Of a stretch of DNA of 40,302 bases, positions 1 to 11,186 are shown piece by piece (position 1 is the stretch's first letter; the number at the start of each line of letters is the position of its first letter). The DNA lies in assembly GCF_001194135.2 (NCBI RefSeq), contig NC_068990.1, positions 52,354,006 to 52,394,307 on the forward strand, given 5' to 3'. The translations under genes and the position numbers were made by a program. This stretch comes from Octopus bimaculoides. Lineage: Eukaryota. Under the pieces are notes generated by a model. It saw only the letters and a list, made by a program, of their open reading frames with translations. It searched no databases and was not told the origin of the DNA.

Positions 1-17
1 CTTGACCCAAAGTAACG

Positions 18-2040
18 TGGTGGTGGAACAATGTGGTTGACAGGGCTATTAGACAAAAGAAACAGGCTTGGAAGGACTGGAAGAACGGAGGTAGCAGGGA
101 ATTGTATCAGACTGCCAGAAGGGAAGCTAGGAGATAGGTTTATTTAGCCAGAAGGGAAGCAGATAAGAAAAAATTTGCCAATGTTCTGCGCCGTGAGGAC
201 CAAAGACTTGAAGTATTCCGTGTTGCAAGACAGTGTGTGAGAGAGAATCATGATGTCGTAGGAGAGAAATGTGTCCACATGGATGATGACTCACTTGCAC
301 TGAACAAAGCTGCAAAGAGAGAAGTTTGGAGACGCCACTATGAAAGATTGCTTAATAAAGAGAATGAATGGGAGGAACAGAGTCTGCCAAATGTCGACCC
401 AACAGAGGGACCAGCTATCCTAATTGACAGTACCTTGGTAGATAAAGCGATCAAGAGTATGAAGACAAGGAAAGCCCCCGGCACATCAGGAATCACTGCA
501 GAGATGCTCAAAATATCTGGCAGTGTTGGCTATAGCCTATTCACCCGTGTAGTTACCCAGGTGATACACGAAGGAGTCATACCCAATGACTGGTGTAGCA
601 GGACCATAGTCAATTGCTACAAAGGTAAATGTGACGCTTTAGACACAAACAATTACAGAGGTATCAAGTTGTTGGATCAGGTAATGAAGGTCACAGAGAG
701 GGTCATAGCCCAACTAATTAGGGAGAGAGTCAGCTTAAATGAGATGCAGTTTGGATTCGTTCCAGGGAAAAGCACCACTGATGCTATATTTCTGGTAAGA
801 CAGCTGCAGAAGAAATACCTAGCCGAAGATAAACCTCTGTACCTGGCGTTTGTTGACATGAAGAAAGCCTTTGACAGGGTCCCCCGATCCCTTATCTGGT
901 GGTCAATGAGGAAACTAGGGATAGATGAATGGTTAGTGAGAGCTGTGCGAACCATGTAGAGGGACTCTGTCAGTAAGATGAGGGTTGGCAATGAGTACAG
1001 TGAAGAATTCTAGGTAGAGGTAGGGGTCCACCAAGGTTCAGTCCTCAGCCCCTTCCTATTTATCATAGTCCTCCAGGAAATAACACAAGAATTCAAGACA
1101 GGATGCCCCTGGGAGCTCCTCTATGCTGATGACCTTGCCCTAATTGCTGAGTCACTATCAGAACTAGAGGAGAAGTTTCAAGTGTGGAAGCAAGGTCTAG
1201 AATCGAAGGGCCTTAGAGTCAACCTAGCTAAAACCAAAGTCCTAATAAGTAGAAAGGTAAACAAACCACAAACCCCTTCAGGTAGGTGGCCCTGCTCTAT
1301 CTGTAGAAAAGGCAAAGGTAGAAACTCTATAAGATGTACCCAGTATAAGCTATGGACACATAAGAGGTGCAGCAATATCAAAGGAAGGCTAACTAGCAAG
1401 ATAGTTTTTTGTATGTGGCAGATGCTCAAGAGCAATAAACACAGAAAATGCACAGAAAACAACTTCCGCCACATTCAAGGAAGAAAAACTAGAAGTAGTT
1501 GATAGCTTCCACTATCTAGGTGACCAAGTCAGTAGTGGGGGAGGGTGCACTGAAAGTGTAGCTGCTAGAATAAGAATAACCTGGGCAAAGTTCAAAGAGC
1601 TCATACCTCTGCTGGTGACAAAGGACCTCTCGCTCAGAGTAAAATGCAGTCTGTATGATGCTTGTGTATGAACCGCCATGCTACATGGCAGTGAAACTTG
1701 GGCCGTGACTGCTGAGGACATGTGTAAGCTCGCAAGGAATGAAGCCAGTATGATCTGATGGATGTGTAATGTCAATGTGCATACTCAACAAAGGGTAAGT
1801 ACGTTGAGAGAAAAGCTGGACCTAAGAAGCATCAGTTGTGGTATGCAAGAGAGACGATTGCGCTGGTATGGTCATGTGGCAAGAATGGATGAGGATAGCT
1901 GTTTGAAAAAGTGCCACACCCTAGTGGTTGAGGAAACCTGTGGAAGGGGTAGACCCAGGAAGACCTGGGATGAGGCAATGACTAGTGACCGGGACCTTTG
2001 GAAATATGCAGTACATGAGAAGGCCCGGCAAGCCAAGTGA
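18..2040 (+). pseudogene. Disrupted ORF2 (reverse transcriptase) of the RTE element
   Basis: ORF-track pieces 237-959, 1182-1502 and 1762-2040 plus intervening frames join into one RT polyprotein interrupted by stops and frameshifts. Confidence 0.93.
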
Positions 2041-2093
2041 GTGCATAATCTGGGGCCTCTGCCAGAAGTGTAGCCAGCTCACTTATTCGTATC

Positions 2094-2260
2094 TTTACTT
2101 CATTGGACACTAAACTCTGCTTGTGAAGACCTGCTGAGGCAAGTGAACTGAAATCGAAATTGAACCAAATTCGACTGGCACCCATGTCAACCTTTCCTTC
2201 ATTGGCCACTAAACTCAGCTTGCGAAGACCTGTTGGGGCAAGTGAAATCGAAATCACAAT
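2094..2260 (+). repeat. Two diverged ~65-bp direct repeats (~98-bp period) in the RTE 3' UTR
   Basis: cattggacactaaactctgcttgtgaagacctgctgaggcaagtgaa (~2101) versus cattggccactaaactcagcttgcgaagacctgttggggcaagtgaa (~2200). Confidence 0.85.
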
Positions 2261-2639
2261 TCAGCCATATTTGATGAACCATATTCGATGACCAGCACCT
2301 GTGCCAGATAAGCACTAACAGCACCATCCGAGTGTGATCATTGCCAGAGCAGCTGTCTGGCTTCCATGCTAGTGGCATGTAAATAGCACCATTCGAGCAT
2401 GGCACATTAGAAAATCATTCGAGCGAGGTCATTGCCAGTGCCGCTGGACTGGCTCCTGTGCAGGTGGTACATAAAAAACACCATGTTGAGCATAGCCATT
2501 GCCAGTACCGCATGACTGATCCTCATGCCAGTGGCATGTAAAAGCACCCACTACACTCTCGGAGTGGTTGCCGTTAGGAAGGGCATCCAGATGTAGAAAC
2601 TCTGCCAGATCGGATTGGAGCCGTGTGCAACCATCCGGT

Positions 2640-3240
2640 TCACCAGTCCTCAGTCAAATCGTCCAACCCATGCTAGCATGGAAAGCGGACATTAAACGAT
2701 GATGATATATATATATATATCTATATATATAAACAAATAGTAAATGAGTATATGCATATATACGTACAGGTATGTGCATACCGACATCCACCTGTATGTA
2801 TAGGTGCATATCTGGGTACAGGACATTGCAAACAAAACGTAGACGAGAAAACACGCAAGCCACATAGAGAACATATATATATATATATATATNNNNNNNN
2901 NNNNNNNNNNNNNNNNNNNNNNNNNNNNNNNNNNNNNNNNNNNNNNNNNNNNNNNNNNNNNNNNNNNNNNNNNNNNNNNNNNNNNNNNNNNNNNNNNNNN
3001 NNNNNNNNNNNNNNNNNNNNNNNNNNNNNNNNNNNNNNNNNNNNNNNNNNNNNNNNNNNNNNNNNNNNNNNNNNNNNNNNNNNNNNNNNNNNNNNNNNNN
3101 NNNNNNNNNNNNNNNNNNNNNNNNNNNNNNNNNNNNNNCCAATCTAATTTGGCAGATTGGAGCCTGGTGTTGCCATCCGGTTTCACCAGTCCTCAGTCAA
3201 ATCGTCCAACCCATGCTAGCATGGAAGGCGGACGTTAAAC

Positions 3241-3288
<48 letters not shown>

Positions 3289-3476
3289 ATATATATATAT
3301 ATCTATATATATAAACAAATAGTAAATGAGTATATGCATATATACGTACAGGTATGTGCATACCGACATCCACCTGTATGTATAGGTGCATATCTGGGTA
3401 CAGGACATTGCAAACAAAACGTAGACGAGAAAACACGCAAGCCACATAGAGAACATATATATATATATATATATAT
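2640..3476. repeat. ~250-bp duplication flanking the N-gap at 2893-3138 (probable assembly artefact or haplotype duplicate)
   Basis: caccagtcctcagtcaaatcg...(gat)n...aaacaaatagtaaatgag...gagaacatatat occurs at ~2641-2892 and again at ~3185-3476. The part after (GAT)n appears identical; (GAT)n length and a few tail bases differ. Confidence 0.8.
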
Positions 3477-4564
3477 GCAAGAAGAAAATGGAGGAAAAAT
3501 AACAGGAAGAGGTTGTTCGTTTGCATTAGTAAGCCATTAATTTCATCATTATATTATAGTAGATTTCTTAGTTGATAATTCTGCTGCGAAGTGGAGGCAG
3601 GATGGAGGTTATTTTGATGTGTAGTCCCATCTTTAACTAAGCGCATATTTTCCACGTGTTTATTCTGGCTAGACTTTTCACCGGCGGTGCAAAGAAAGGG
3701 GATGAGTTAGAGTTAATTCCCTTTCTTTACACTGCTGTTGATCAACAGAGCCCAGTCAAGATGGTATTTTCTTCATCTCCTACTCTTGTATTTGCACACA
3801 TTTACAAAATGACTTTCTGAAATGAACTTCCAGTATGCAGCTGAGGAGTACATTTTCATTGCACATTTGTGGTGTTCTCACTACATAAATAAATGAAGTT
3901 TGTACGAAACGTACGTACTGCTATAACCTAATACTTTTGTTGCTTTTCTTCAAATTTTATTTATATATATACACATATATATCTTAACCTTTTTCATGTG
4001 ACTCTACTCCATACTGTTTTTTCCCCCACCCATCTCTAATTCCCCTTTTCTCCCCTTCACCATTTTCTACTTGTCTCTCTCTCTCCCCCTCTTTCTCTTT
4101 CTCTTTTTCTTTCTCTTGTTGCTCACATGTGACCATCATCCATCTTTCTTTTCCTCACGTAACCATCTCTATTTTTCCTGCATGGCGTTTTAAGGACTGG
4201 ACGTTTTCTATCTATCTCTCTTTTCTATCTTTTCTCTTTTCAAAGAAAATATTTCTCCCAGTGTTCACTATGTTCATCTCGTTCTGGTCTAATGAGCCTC
4301 CATGTTTGTTTTCGTTTGGTTTCTTTGTATGTCTTCACTGTCCTGTTTTTGTTCCCAACTTTCACCCTCCATAAATCTTCAAAGACTCATATTGTCATTG
4401 AATGCTCGAAATGAGGAGTAAATAGACAGCCAACAACTGATGAAGGGTCGTTCTCCATGTTACTTGTCCTGTTTTCCATTTTTCTCTTGTTGTTTGCATA
4501 TTTAACTCGTTTGTTTTCATACTTCAGTTTGTTTACACACTAGGTGACGTCCTGTACCCATTTA

Positions 4565-4565
<1 letters not shown>

Positions 4566-4624
<59 letters not shown>

Positions 4625-4745
4625 TAGATAGATAGATAGATATAGATATAGATATAGATATATATATATAGATATAGATATATATACATATATATACATA
4701 TATATATTATTTATATTACTATATATATGCATGCATGTATATATG
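4566..4745. repeat. Compound microsatellite (TA)n/(GATA)n/(GATATA)n
   Basis: Directly visible. Confidence 0.95.
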
Positions 4746-4851
4746 TGATACAAAAGTGTCAGTACTGATAGTCTCATTATGTATGTATTATATTGAAAGT
4801 TATTTTCCTATGTATACAAATACATAGTGAAACTAATATATATATATATAC

Positions 4852-4940
4852 ATAGTGAAAGTATTAATAGTGAAAGTATTAATAGTGAAAGTATTAATAA
4901 TGAAACTATTAATAGTGAAACTATTAAAACTAAAAGTATT
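4852..4940. repeat. 15-bp minisatellite (tagtgaaagtattaa), about 5-6 copies
   Basis: atagtgaaagtatta repeated with minor changes. Confidence 0.9.
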
Positions 4941-5198
4941 ATCTCACATTACAATAGAGATGTTATTGTTTCACTTTTGACATGTGATACTGAAATAGTA
5001 TAAGAGATAAGAGATTGCTCTGGGCCCGCATTAGGCAAGAAGTTGAAAATTTTTTGACACTGCATGGACCCAAAGTAAGGCATGTGTAAAATTTGAATGA
5101 AATGGGTTGGGTAGTCTTGAGTTTTAGTAATGCACATATACAGGCACACATACACACAGACAGAAACACATTCTCAATTTTATTTATATAGAAATAGA
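4941..5198 (-). mobile_element. Probable 5' end fragment of a non-autonomous Helitron
   Basis: Minus strand reads A|TCTATTTCTATATAAATAAAATTGAGAATGTGTTTCTGTCTGTGTG...: an A|TC start followed by a GT-rich microsatellite, as in Lep1-like Helitrons. No matching 3' end was found. Confidence 0.5.
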
Positions 5199-5214
5199 TA
5201 TACATATTTATGTA

Positions 5215-5504
5215 TTGAGTTCCGCCATTAATTTTATGCCATAGTTGCCGTAGTCTAATGAGCTGAGGACAAATGTCCTCCAGAGGACCATTGTGGTTTC
5301 CTACTCTCTAGTTCTGAAAGTTCAGAGAATCCATACAACTAGCCATCTGCATTTTATTGCCAAATTATTAATATGCACTTAGAAAGATGCATCATTACTC
5401 CTGTCAATGCCCAGGTCATACACTAATTTTGATTCAGGGATTGCAGTTCCTTCTGGGCTATTTTATTTTGTCTGAATTTTGTTCAGCTTTGTGTACTGGT
5501 AGCA
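5215..5504 (-). mobile_element. CR1/L2-group-like LINE RT fragment, C-terminal half (split by mariner 1)
   Basis: Minus-strand translation: CYQYTKLNKIQTK*NSPEGTAIPESKLVYDLGIDRSNDASF*VHINNLAIKCRWLVVWIL*TFRTRE*ETTMVLWRTFVLSSLDYG, typical of the post-RT region (DLGI...WILRTF.TR...LDY). Confidence 0.85.
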
Positions 5505-5506
5505 TA

Positions 5507-6767
5507 CGAGTGGGTACCCAAAAGTAGCTGGAAACATTCTCTGTGGGACAAGGCCATTGTAGTTCAGGCTCCTACCACTAGAAGCCATTTGATGTAACCC
5601 TCAGGCTACAGTCTGCTGACTAGCGTTATTGAGTGAAATCATGCTGCCACGTAGTGTGTCTTTATTTAGAGGTGCTGCTCCCCTGTGCATCAATTTTTGT
5701 GATGGCTGAAACAAAGGAACAGCGTGCTTTCATGAAATTCTGTTTTCTGCTGGGGAAAAATAGTGACCAAAACAATCGTCATGCATAAAGCAGCTTACAA
5801 GGACACTGCCATGAGCAACACACAAGTTTACAAGTGGTTTTCATGCTTTGGGAATGGTGACATGTCACTTGAAGACAAACTTCATTCAGGGTAATTATCA
5901 ACCTCCCGAATGAATGAAAACATAATGAAGATTTGTGAACTGATCCTGGACGACCATCACCAAAAATTGATGAACTTGTTGATATAACTGGTGTGTCCTG
6001 GAGTGCTTGCCAATGAATTTTGAGCAAGGAATTATGAACGAAAAGAGTTGCAGCAAAATTTGTGCCTTGCTTGCTCACTGAAGATCAAAAGCAGTCATGA
6101 CTGAATGCATATCATCAACTGAAAGAACAGTTGTGATGAAAGCTGCTGCTATGGCTAGAACCTAGGGAAAAAAAAGCAGCAATCCAGTCAATGGAAGTAT
6201 TCAATGTCACCACACCCCCAAAAAGCACATCAAGTGAAGTTTAATGTCAAGACAATGCTGATTTGTTTCATAGATGGCCACACAGAATTTGTTACTCCCA
6301 GTCAAACTGTTAACCAGACCTTTTACATGGCAGTTCTGAAGAGTTTGTGAGATGCAGTGAGATGAAAACACCACAGCCTTTGGCAAAGTGGAGAGTGGAG
6401 GTTTCATCATGACAATGCACCTGTGCACACTGCCTTTAGTGTGTGAGGTTTTGACCAAAAGAAGTATGACCCCACTTACCCACCCTCCCTATTAACCCAA
6501 TCTTGCTCCCTGTGACTTTTTTCTGTTCCCCCAAATGAAAAAAATCCTTAAAAGAAAATTTTTTGTAGATGTGGAAGTGATGAAGAAAAAAACGACAGAG
6601 ACATTAAAAGGCATCACCTCGCAAGACAACTTCAAACAGTGGAAAATGTATCTGGACTGATGCATTGCTTCAAACTGAGAATATTTTGAAGACTAAAAGT
6701 TTAAACATGTAAAACTAAGTGAATAAAATAATATTGCAAAACTCCAGTCTCTTTTGGGTTCCCCTCG
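5507..6767 (+). mobile_element. Full-length inactive mariner (DD34D) transposon, irritans/Hsmar2-like, 1261 bp
   Basis: TIRs CGAGTGGGTACCCAAAAGTAGCTGGA and (reverse complement) CGAGGGGAACCCAAAAGAGACTGGA, with TA at 5505-5506 and 6768-6769. Transposase remnant from ATG 5702: MAETKEQRAFMKFCFLLGK, AKFVPCLLTEDQK, FHHDNAPVHTA, HPPY*PNLAPCDFFLFP; many stops. Subfamily is inferred from the CGAG-type TIR. Confidence 0.93.
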
Positions 6768-6769
6768 TA

Positions 6770-6985
6770 GGGCTTGGAAATTTCCAGCATTAAACTGAAT
6801 GTTATTGTCCTCAGCCCACCTGTATATTTCATGCAACTCCCTTTGCAGATGCACAAAATTTCCAGGGTTCTATATCCTCTGAGAGACTTTTGTGTCATCT
6901 GCACAGATAGCAAGGGTGGCTATCTAAGTAGCTGAGGGCATGTCTGTGAGTGGCTCTAATACAGTACTCTGTGAAGCCCCACTCA
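6770..6985 (-). mobile_element. CR1/L2-group-like LINE RT fragment, catalytic part (split by mariner 1)
   Basis: Minus-strand translation: VSGASQSTVLEPLTDMPSAT*IATLAICADDTKVSQRI*NPGNFVHLQRELHEIYRWAEDNNIQFNAGNFQAL, matching SGVPQG, FADDTK and W...N.M.FN motifs. Confidence 0.88.
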
Positions 6986-7001
6986 CCATTTGTGTTTCTT
7001 T

Positions 7002-7015
7002 ATGTATGTATGTAA

Positions 7016-7046
<31 letters not shown>

Positions 7047-7087
7047 TGTATGTGTGTGTGTATGTATGTGTATATATATATATATAT
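7002..7087. repeat. (TATG)n/(TG)n/(TA)n microsatellite abutting a 26-N gap
   Basis: Directly visible. Confidence 0.95.
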
Positions 7088-7257
7088 NNNNNNNNNNNNN
7101 NNNNNNNNNNNNNAAGGTTACAAACATCATTAAGGGATAGCAAAATCCTATGAAAGTACTGGTTAAGTACCTATACAAGGAATGTTGAACATTACAATTA
7201 ATATTCAACTGTAAGGTAACTATATAAACTGTGGTTTTTATACATTTATTTATTAAA

Positions 7258-7667
7258 ATAAGATAAGAAAATAGAGAGATAATTAATAAATTATTATTTA
7301 TTAATTAAAAATTTACAAATATCTCTTACAGCTGTTTCAATTCTAGACCTTCAGAAAATTAATTGATAAAATTAGAAATTATTTGAAAGTCAAATCTTGT
7401 CAGAGGTAGTTTAAGATATACAAAAGAGGTGTTCAATTCCTGCATGTTGAGTATAATGGTTTGCAGCCGTATACTCAACATGCAGGGATTGAACACCTAT
7501 TTTGTATATCTTAAACTACCTGTGGTGAGATTCAACTTTCAAATAATTTTTATTTTATCAATTAATTTTCTGAAGGTCTAGAATTGAAACAGCTGTAAGA
7601 GATTTTTGTCAATTTTTTAATTAATAAAAAATAATTTATTAATTATCTCTCTATTTTTTTATCTTAT
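7258..7667. repeat. Long imperfect palindrome (arms ~198 bp, 14-nt spacer), Penelope-like inverted terminal repeat
   Basis: 7258-7455 is the reverse complement of 7470-7667 (e.g. cctgcatgttgagtata / tatactcaacatgcagg). The spacer is atggtttgcagccg. The Penelope assignment is inference. Confidence 0.85.
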
Positions 7668-7673
7668 CATATA

Positions 7674-8400
7674 CTAGCAGTAAAACCCATTGTTGATCAG
7701 GTAATTACTTTTATTGTTTATCGGGAGCCACATTGAACCAGTATGTGTGCATTTATAGAAGAGAAAACTACGTAATAATTGAAGTAGAAGAAAAATCAAT
7801 ATCATACATGAACTTGTGTTTGTTTATCATATTACAATAATAAGTGAGTTATTTATCTAGCATTTTGTTGGTGTTCGGTTTCAGATGCATGACAAGCTTT
7901 CTTTCTCTGTTGCTGAACTGCAAGCCATGCACATGTCTCATCATAGTTTTCTGATGCATGTCATGTGTTTGTTTGATGTTCATTTTGTGATGGTCTTTTT
8001 TTATGAGACATTTTTTTGATAATAGTGAAATGAAATTCAGATGCTATGTTACAGTAATGTAAGGAAAATAGGTATATCACATAGAAGAATTAAGGGAATG
8101 AGAAATGTTTTTGATTAGGGATATTAAGTAAGTTGTAGTGAAATGAAAGGACAAATGATGTGTGAATATCAGTAAGTAATAGTGAAATGAATTTACAACT
8201 GCTGAATGATGTCAGTGTTTTTGCTGAAATTCCGATGCTATATTACAGGAATGCCGGGCAAGGTATTGTGTGGTTAGCTTTTTGTCGGTGTGTCGATTTT
8301 CGTTTCGCTGTGAATTTGTCTGCATGCTTATGTGAAAGAAATTTGCATATCTATATCTGAACAGAGAAGTTAGAAAAATAGGTATATCTGAAACATGAAT
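7674..8400 (-). mobile_element. Degenerate Helitron-like element (3' end at 7674; right boundary uncertain)
   Basis: Minus strand ends ...ttttactgCTAG|T, the same terminus as the elements at 38468 and 39346; the subterminal hairpin is decayed. Confidence 0.5.
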
Positions 8401-8406
8401 GAATAT

Positions 8407-8408
<2 letters not shown>

Positions 8409-8462
<54 letters not shown>

Positions 8463-9125
8463 TCTTTTAGAAAGAGAGAGAGAGACAGATAAAAAAATAG
8501 AGGTGCCATTTCTTTCGAGTTCCGGTCTGCTGGTGAAAGTGGACAAAACACCCACTCTTATAATTTTCTTTTATCTTCTCTTTCTTTTTACCTTTTNNNN
8601 NNNNNNNNNNNNNNNNNNNNNNNNNNNNNNNNNNNNNNNNNNNNNNNNNNNNNNNNNNNNNNNNNNNNNNNNNNNNNNNNNNNNNNNNNNNNNNNNNNNN
8701 NNNNNNNNNNNNNNNNNNNNNNNNNNNNNNNNNNNNNNNNNNNNNNNNNNNNNNNNNNNNNNNNNNNNNNNNNNNNNNNNNNNNNNNNNNNNNNNNNNNN
8801 NNNNNNNNNNNNNNNNNNNNNNNNNNNNNNNNNNNNNNNNNNNNNNNNNNNNNNNNNNNNNNNNNNNNNNNNNNNNNNNNNNNNNNNNNNNNAGAGAGAG
8901 AGAGAGAGAGAGAGACTGTTTAATTGTGCGGAACAGATCATCCTTGAATAAATAAATGAATAAATATATATGGTGTGGTGGTTGTCATTGTCTTAAACAC
9001 TGACTATTCTCACCACAGGACAATTTCCAGCCAAACAGAAAGACAGAAAGATAAAGAGAGAGGAAGAGAGAGAGGGAGAGAGAGAAAGACAGACAGACAG
9101 ACAGACACACAGACAGAGGGAGAGA
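8409..9125. repeat. (GT)n, (AG)n and (GACA)n microsatellites around a 296-N gap, with a dispersed duplicate tgaaagtggacaaaacacc at ~8534 and ~9213
   Basis: Directly visible. Confidence 0.85.
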
Positions 9126-9292
9126 AAGATTGAAAGGTGCTGATTCTTTGAAAATTTAGGCACTTTAGCTCTGGTCACACCATCATCATCATCATTACCA
9201 TAGTTAAAGTGTGAAAGTGGACAAAACACCTACACTTATAAATGAGATGATGTCTCACTTGTGTCTTGTTGGACAAGCAGACAAACAGACAG

Positions 9293-9645
9293 AATCTGTT
9301 TTAGTCATTTGACTGCGGCCATGCTGGAGCACTGTTTTTAATCAAAGATATCGATCCCAGAACTTGTCTAGATAAGTCTAGTACTTATCATATTGGTTTT
9401 TTTGCCAAACCGCTAAGTTTCGAGGATGTGAACACACCAACATCGGTTATCAAGCAACGGCAGGGTGGGGTGGGGCACAGATACACACACATAAACATAC
9501 ATATATATATACGACAGGCTTCTTTCAGTTTCCGTCTACCAAATCCGCTCAGAAGGCTTTGGTTGACCCAAGGCTATAATAGGAGATACTTACCCAAGAT
9601 GCCATGCAGTAGGACTGAACTATGTGGTTGGGAAGCAAGCTTCTT
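9293..9645 (-). mobile_element. Octopus-type tRNA-derived SINE, body and 3' part (its head continues at 11904-11925)
   Basis: Minus strand: AAGAAGCTTGCTTCCCAACCACATAGTTCAGTCC...GATTTGGTAGACGGAAACTGAAAGAAGCC...CTCCAGCATGGCCGCAGTCAAATGACT. Confidence 0.88.
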
Positions 9646-9871
9646 TATTTCATAATATTTGCCATTGAGGCATTACACAGATTAGCAAGAAGCCTGGGCT
9701 CAACAAATACATTAATGAAAAAATGAGAAAAAGACATGGATGAAAAAATGAGAGGGGCACCAGCGCCCACCGACAGGCAACCCCTCAAAAACCTTTGTTC
9801 AACACAAATCAATAGTTACAATAATAGCATCAATATTACAATGTTTCAAGAATTAAAACAATTAGTCATAA

Positions 9872-11186
9872 TTAATCTACTCCGTCACAGCTCCTAAGCA
9901 AATTACTTGCTGCCTGCAGACAAGTCCGCATTGACAAGTCGGAGTCTGTGGCAAGGCAGATAAAATTATTCTTGTCAAAGCTGGGTTTGATCTTTAACAA
10001 GATCCTTTTAGTTACGACCTCTGCAAGCCAAGAAGGATCTTTCCTGGCTGCACTCCCTGTCCAAGAATTTTTCTATAGTCCCTTCCTCGAGGTACAGGAG
10101 GACAAACGCCTCCTCCTCCTCGGATGGAGGGGCCTCACACTACTCTGTGAGTGGGACAATTCTCACTGACACAATTCCCACCGGAGGGGTCTCGGGTTTG
10201 GTCAGCGGCACAGTAACGTCTGCTGACCGTCTCCCATTTATTTTTTCTTTTTATTTTTTTTACAGGTTTCAGGGGTTGGGGTCTCCCTCAGCACACACGA
10301 GGGTCCTCCTCCTCTCCTGTAACCTGTATTTCATCTGGTGAGCAACCGTTGTTGCTCACCTTTCTTTTTCTTTTCATGGAGGCTTCTGCCTCCACGACTT
10401 CCACCATCTCCCCCTCCATTGGGGGGAAAGGGGGTGGAGGATGCTTCTTTTTTCCCCTGCTCTGGGGTCTTACCTCGGCCCCGGGGGCAGTTCTTCTTGA
10501 TGTGACCTGGTTCCAGGCACAGGTGACACTTGGGGAGGGGGCGTCCCTCAAGCATCACCAGATGTCTGGACCCGGCCATTTAAAAAAAATCCGGAAATAC
10601 CATTTCGCTGCGGCTACTGGGGTCCACAGGGTTAAATTCGCTTTAACCCCTTCTCNNNNNNNNNNNNNNNNNNNNNNNNNNNNNNNNNNNNNNNNNNNNN
10701 NNNNNNNNNNNNNNNNNNNNNNNNNNNNNNNNNNNNNNNNNNNNNNNNNNNNNNNNNNNNNNNNNNNNNNNNNNNNNNNNNNNNNNNNNNNNNNNNNNNN
10801 NNNNNNNNNNNNNNNNNNNNNNNNNNNNNNNNNNNNNNNNNNNNNNNNNNNNNNNNNNNNNNNNNNNNNNNNNNNNNNNNNNNNNNNNNNNNNNNNNNNN
10901 NNNNNNNNNNNNNNNNNNNNNNNNNNNNNNNNNNNNNNNNNNNNNNNAACCACACCATTGCATATTTGACTCCCCAAGTTATATAAAACTTTCTGGCTGG
11001 CAGACAGCTTGCCAGCTCCTTTTCGATGGTATCTTTATTGAAGAGGGCAATGGCATTGCGTGACCTAGAATAATAGGTCTGCAAAAACACTGTCCTCTTC
11101 TCTGTCTCCACCAGGCACTGCCTGGGTGGGACAACCTCCCACTCCAAGACAGTGGCTTCATTATTACTTTTTACTTTTTTTCCCAT
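9872..11186 (-). pseudogene. Decayed gag/ORF1-like nucleic-acid-binding protein with zinc knuckle
   Basis: Starts MGKKVKSNNEATVLEWEVV at ATG 11186. After the gap it reads LVMLEGRPLPKCHLCLEPGHIKKNCP (CX2CX4HX4C at 10487-10528), then a K/P/E-rich tail MEGEMVEVVEAEASMKRKRK...LKIKPSFDKNNFICLATDSDLSMRTCLQAASNLLRSCDGVD*. Frameshifts and stops are present; 292 N lie inside (10656-10947). Confidence 0.85.

Larger units (their letters stand above)
1..2706 (+). mobile_element. RTE-clade non-LTR retrotransposon, decayed; 5' part lies outside the window; RT region, 3' UTR and (GAT)n tail
   Basis: Translation gives RT motifs NYRGIKLL, QFGFVPGKSTTDAIF, LAFVDMKKAFDRVP, GVHQGSVLSP (~1023), LLYADDLAL (~1115-1145), GLRVNLAKTK, FHYLGD (~1507) and the RTE C-terminal RLRWYGHVARM...GRGRPRKTW. 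It is broken by stops (e.g. TAG at 957-959) and frameshifts, and ends in TTAAAC(GAT)n at ~2692-2706. Confidence 0.95.

Noticed and set aside
2640-3476. Apparent tandem duplication as a biological event
   Set aside because: The copies flank an N-gap and the unique part looks identical, as with the 73-bp duplicate around the 10-N gap at 39882. Assembly or haplotype artefact is more likely, though not provable here.
2654-3540. Long ORFs with IYIY/HHHH runs and X stretches
   Set aside because: They are translations of N-gaps, (TA)n and (GAT)n. The same applies to ORFs at 4562, 6924, 8351-8955, 13358, 21283 and 32372.
4395-4470. Possible hammerhead around CTCGAAA...CTGATGAAGGG
   Set aside because: Stems I, II and III could not be paired convincingly. 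It is probably a decayed interspersed repeat.
9600-9645. tRNA gene
   Set aside because: A/B-box-like head with no cloverleaf or acceptor stem, continuous with a SINE body. The same holds for the heads at 26074, 28709 and 29544.
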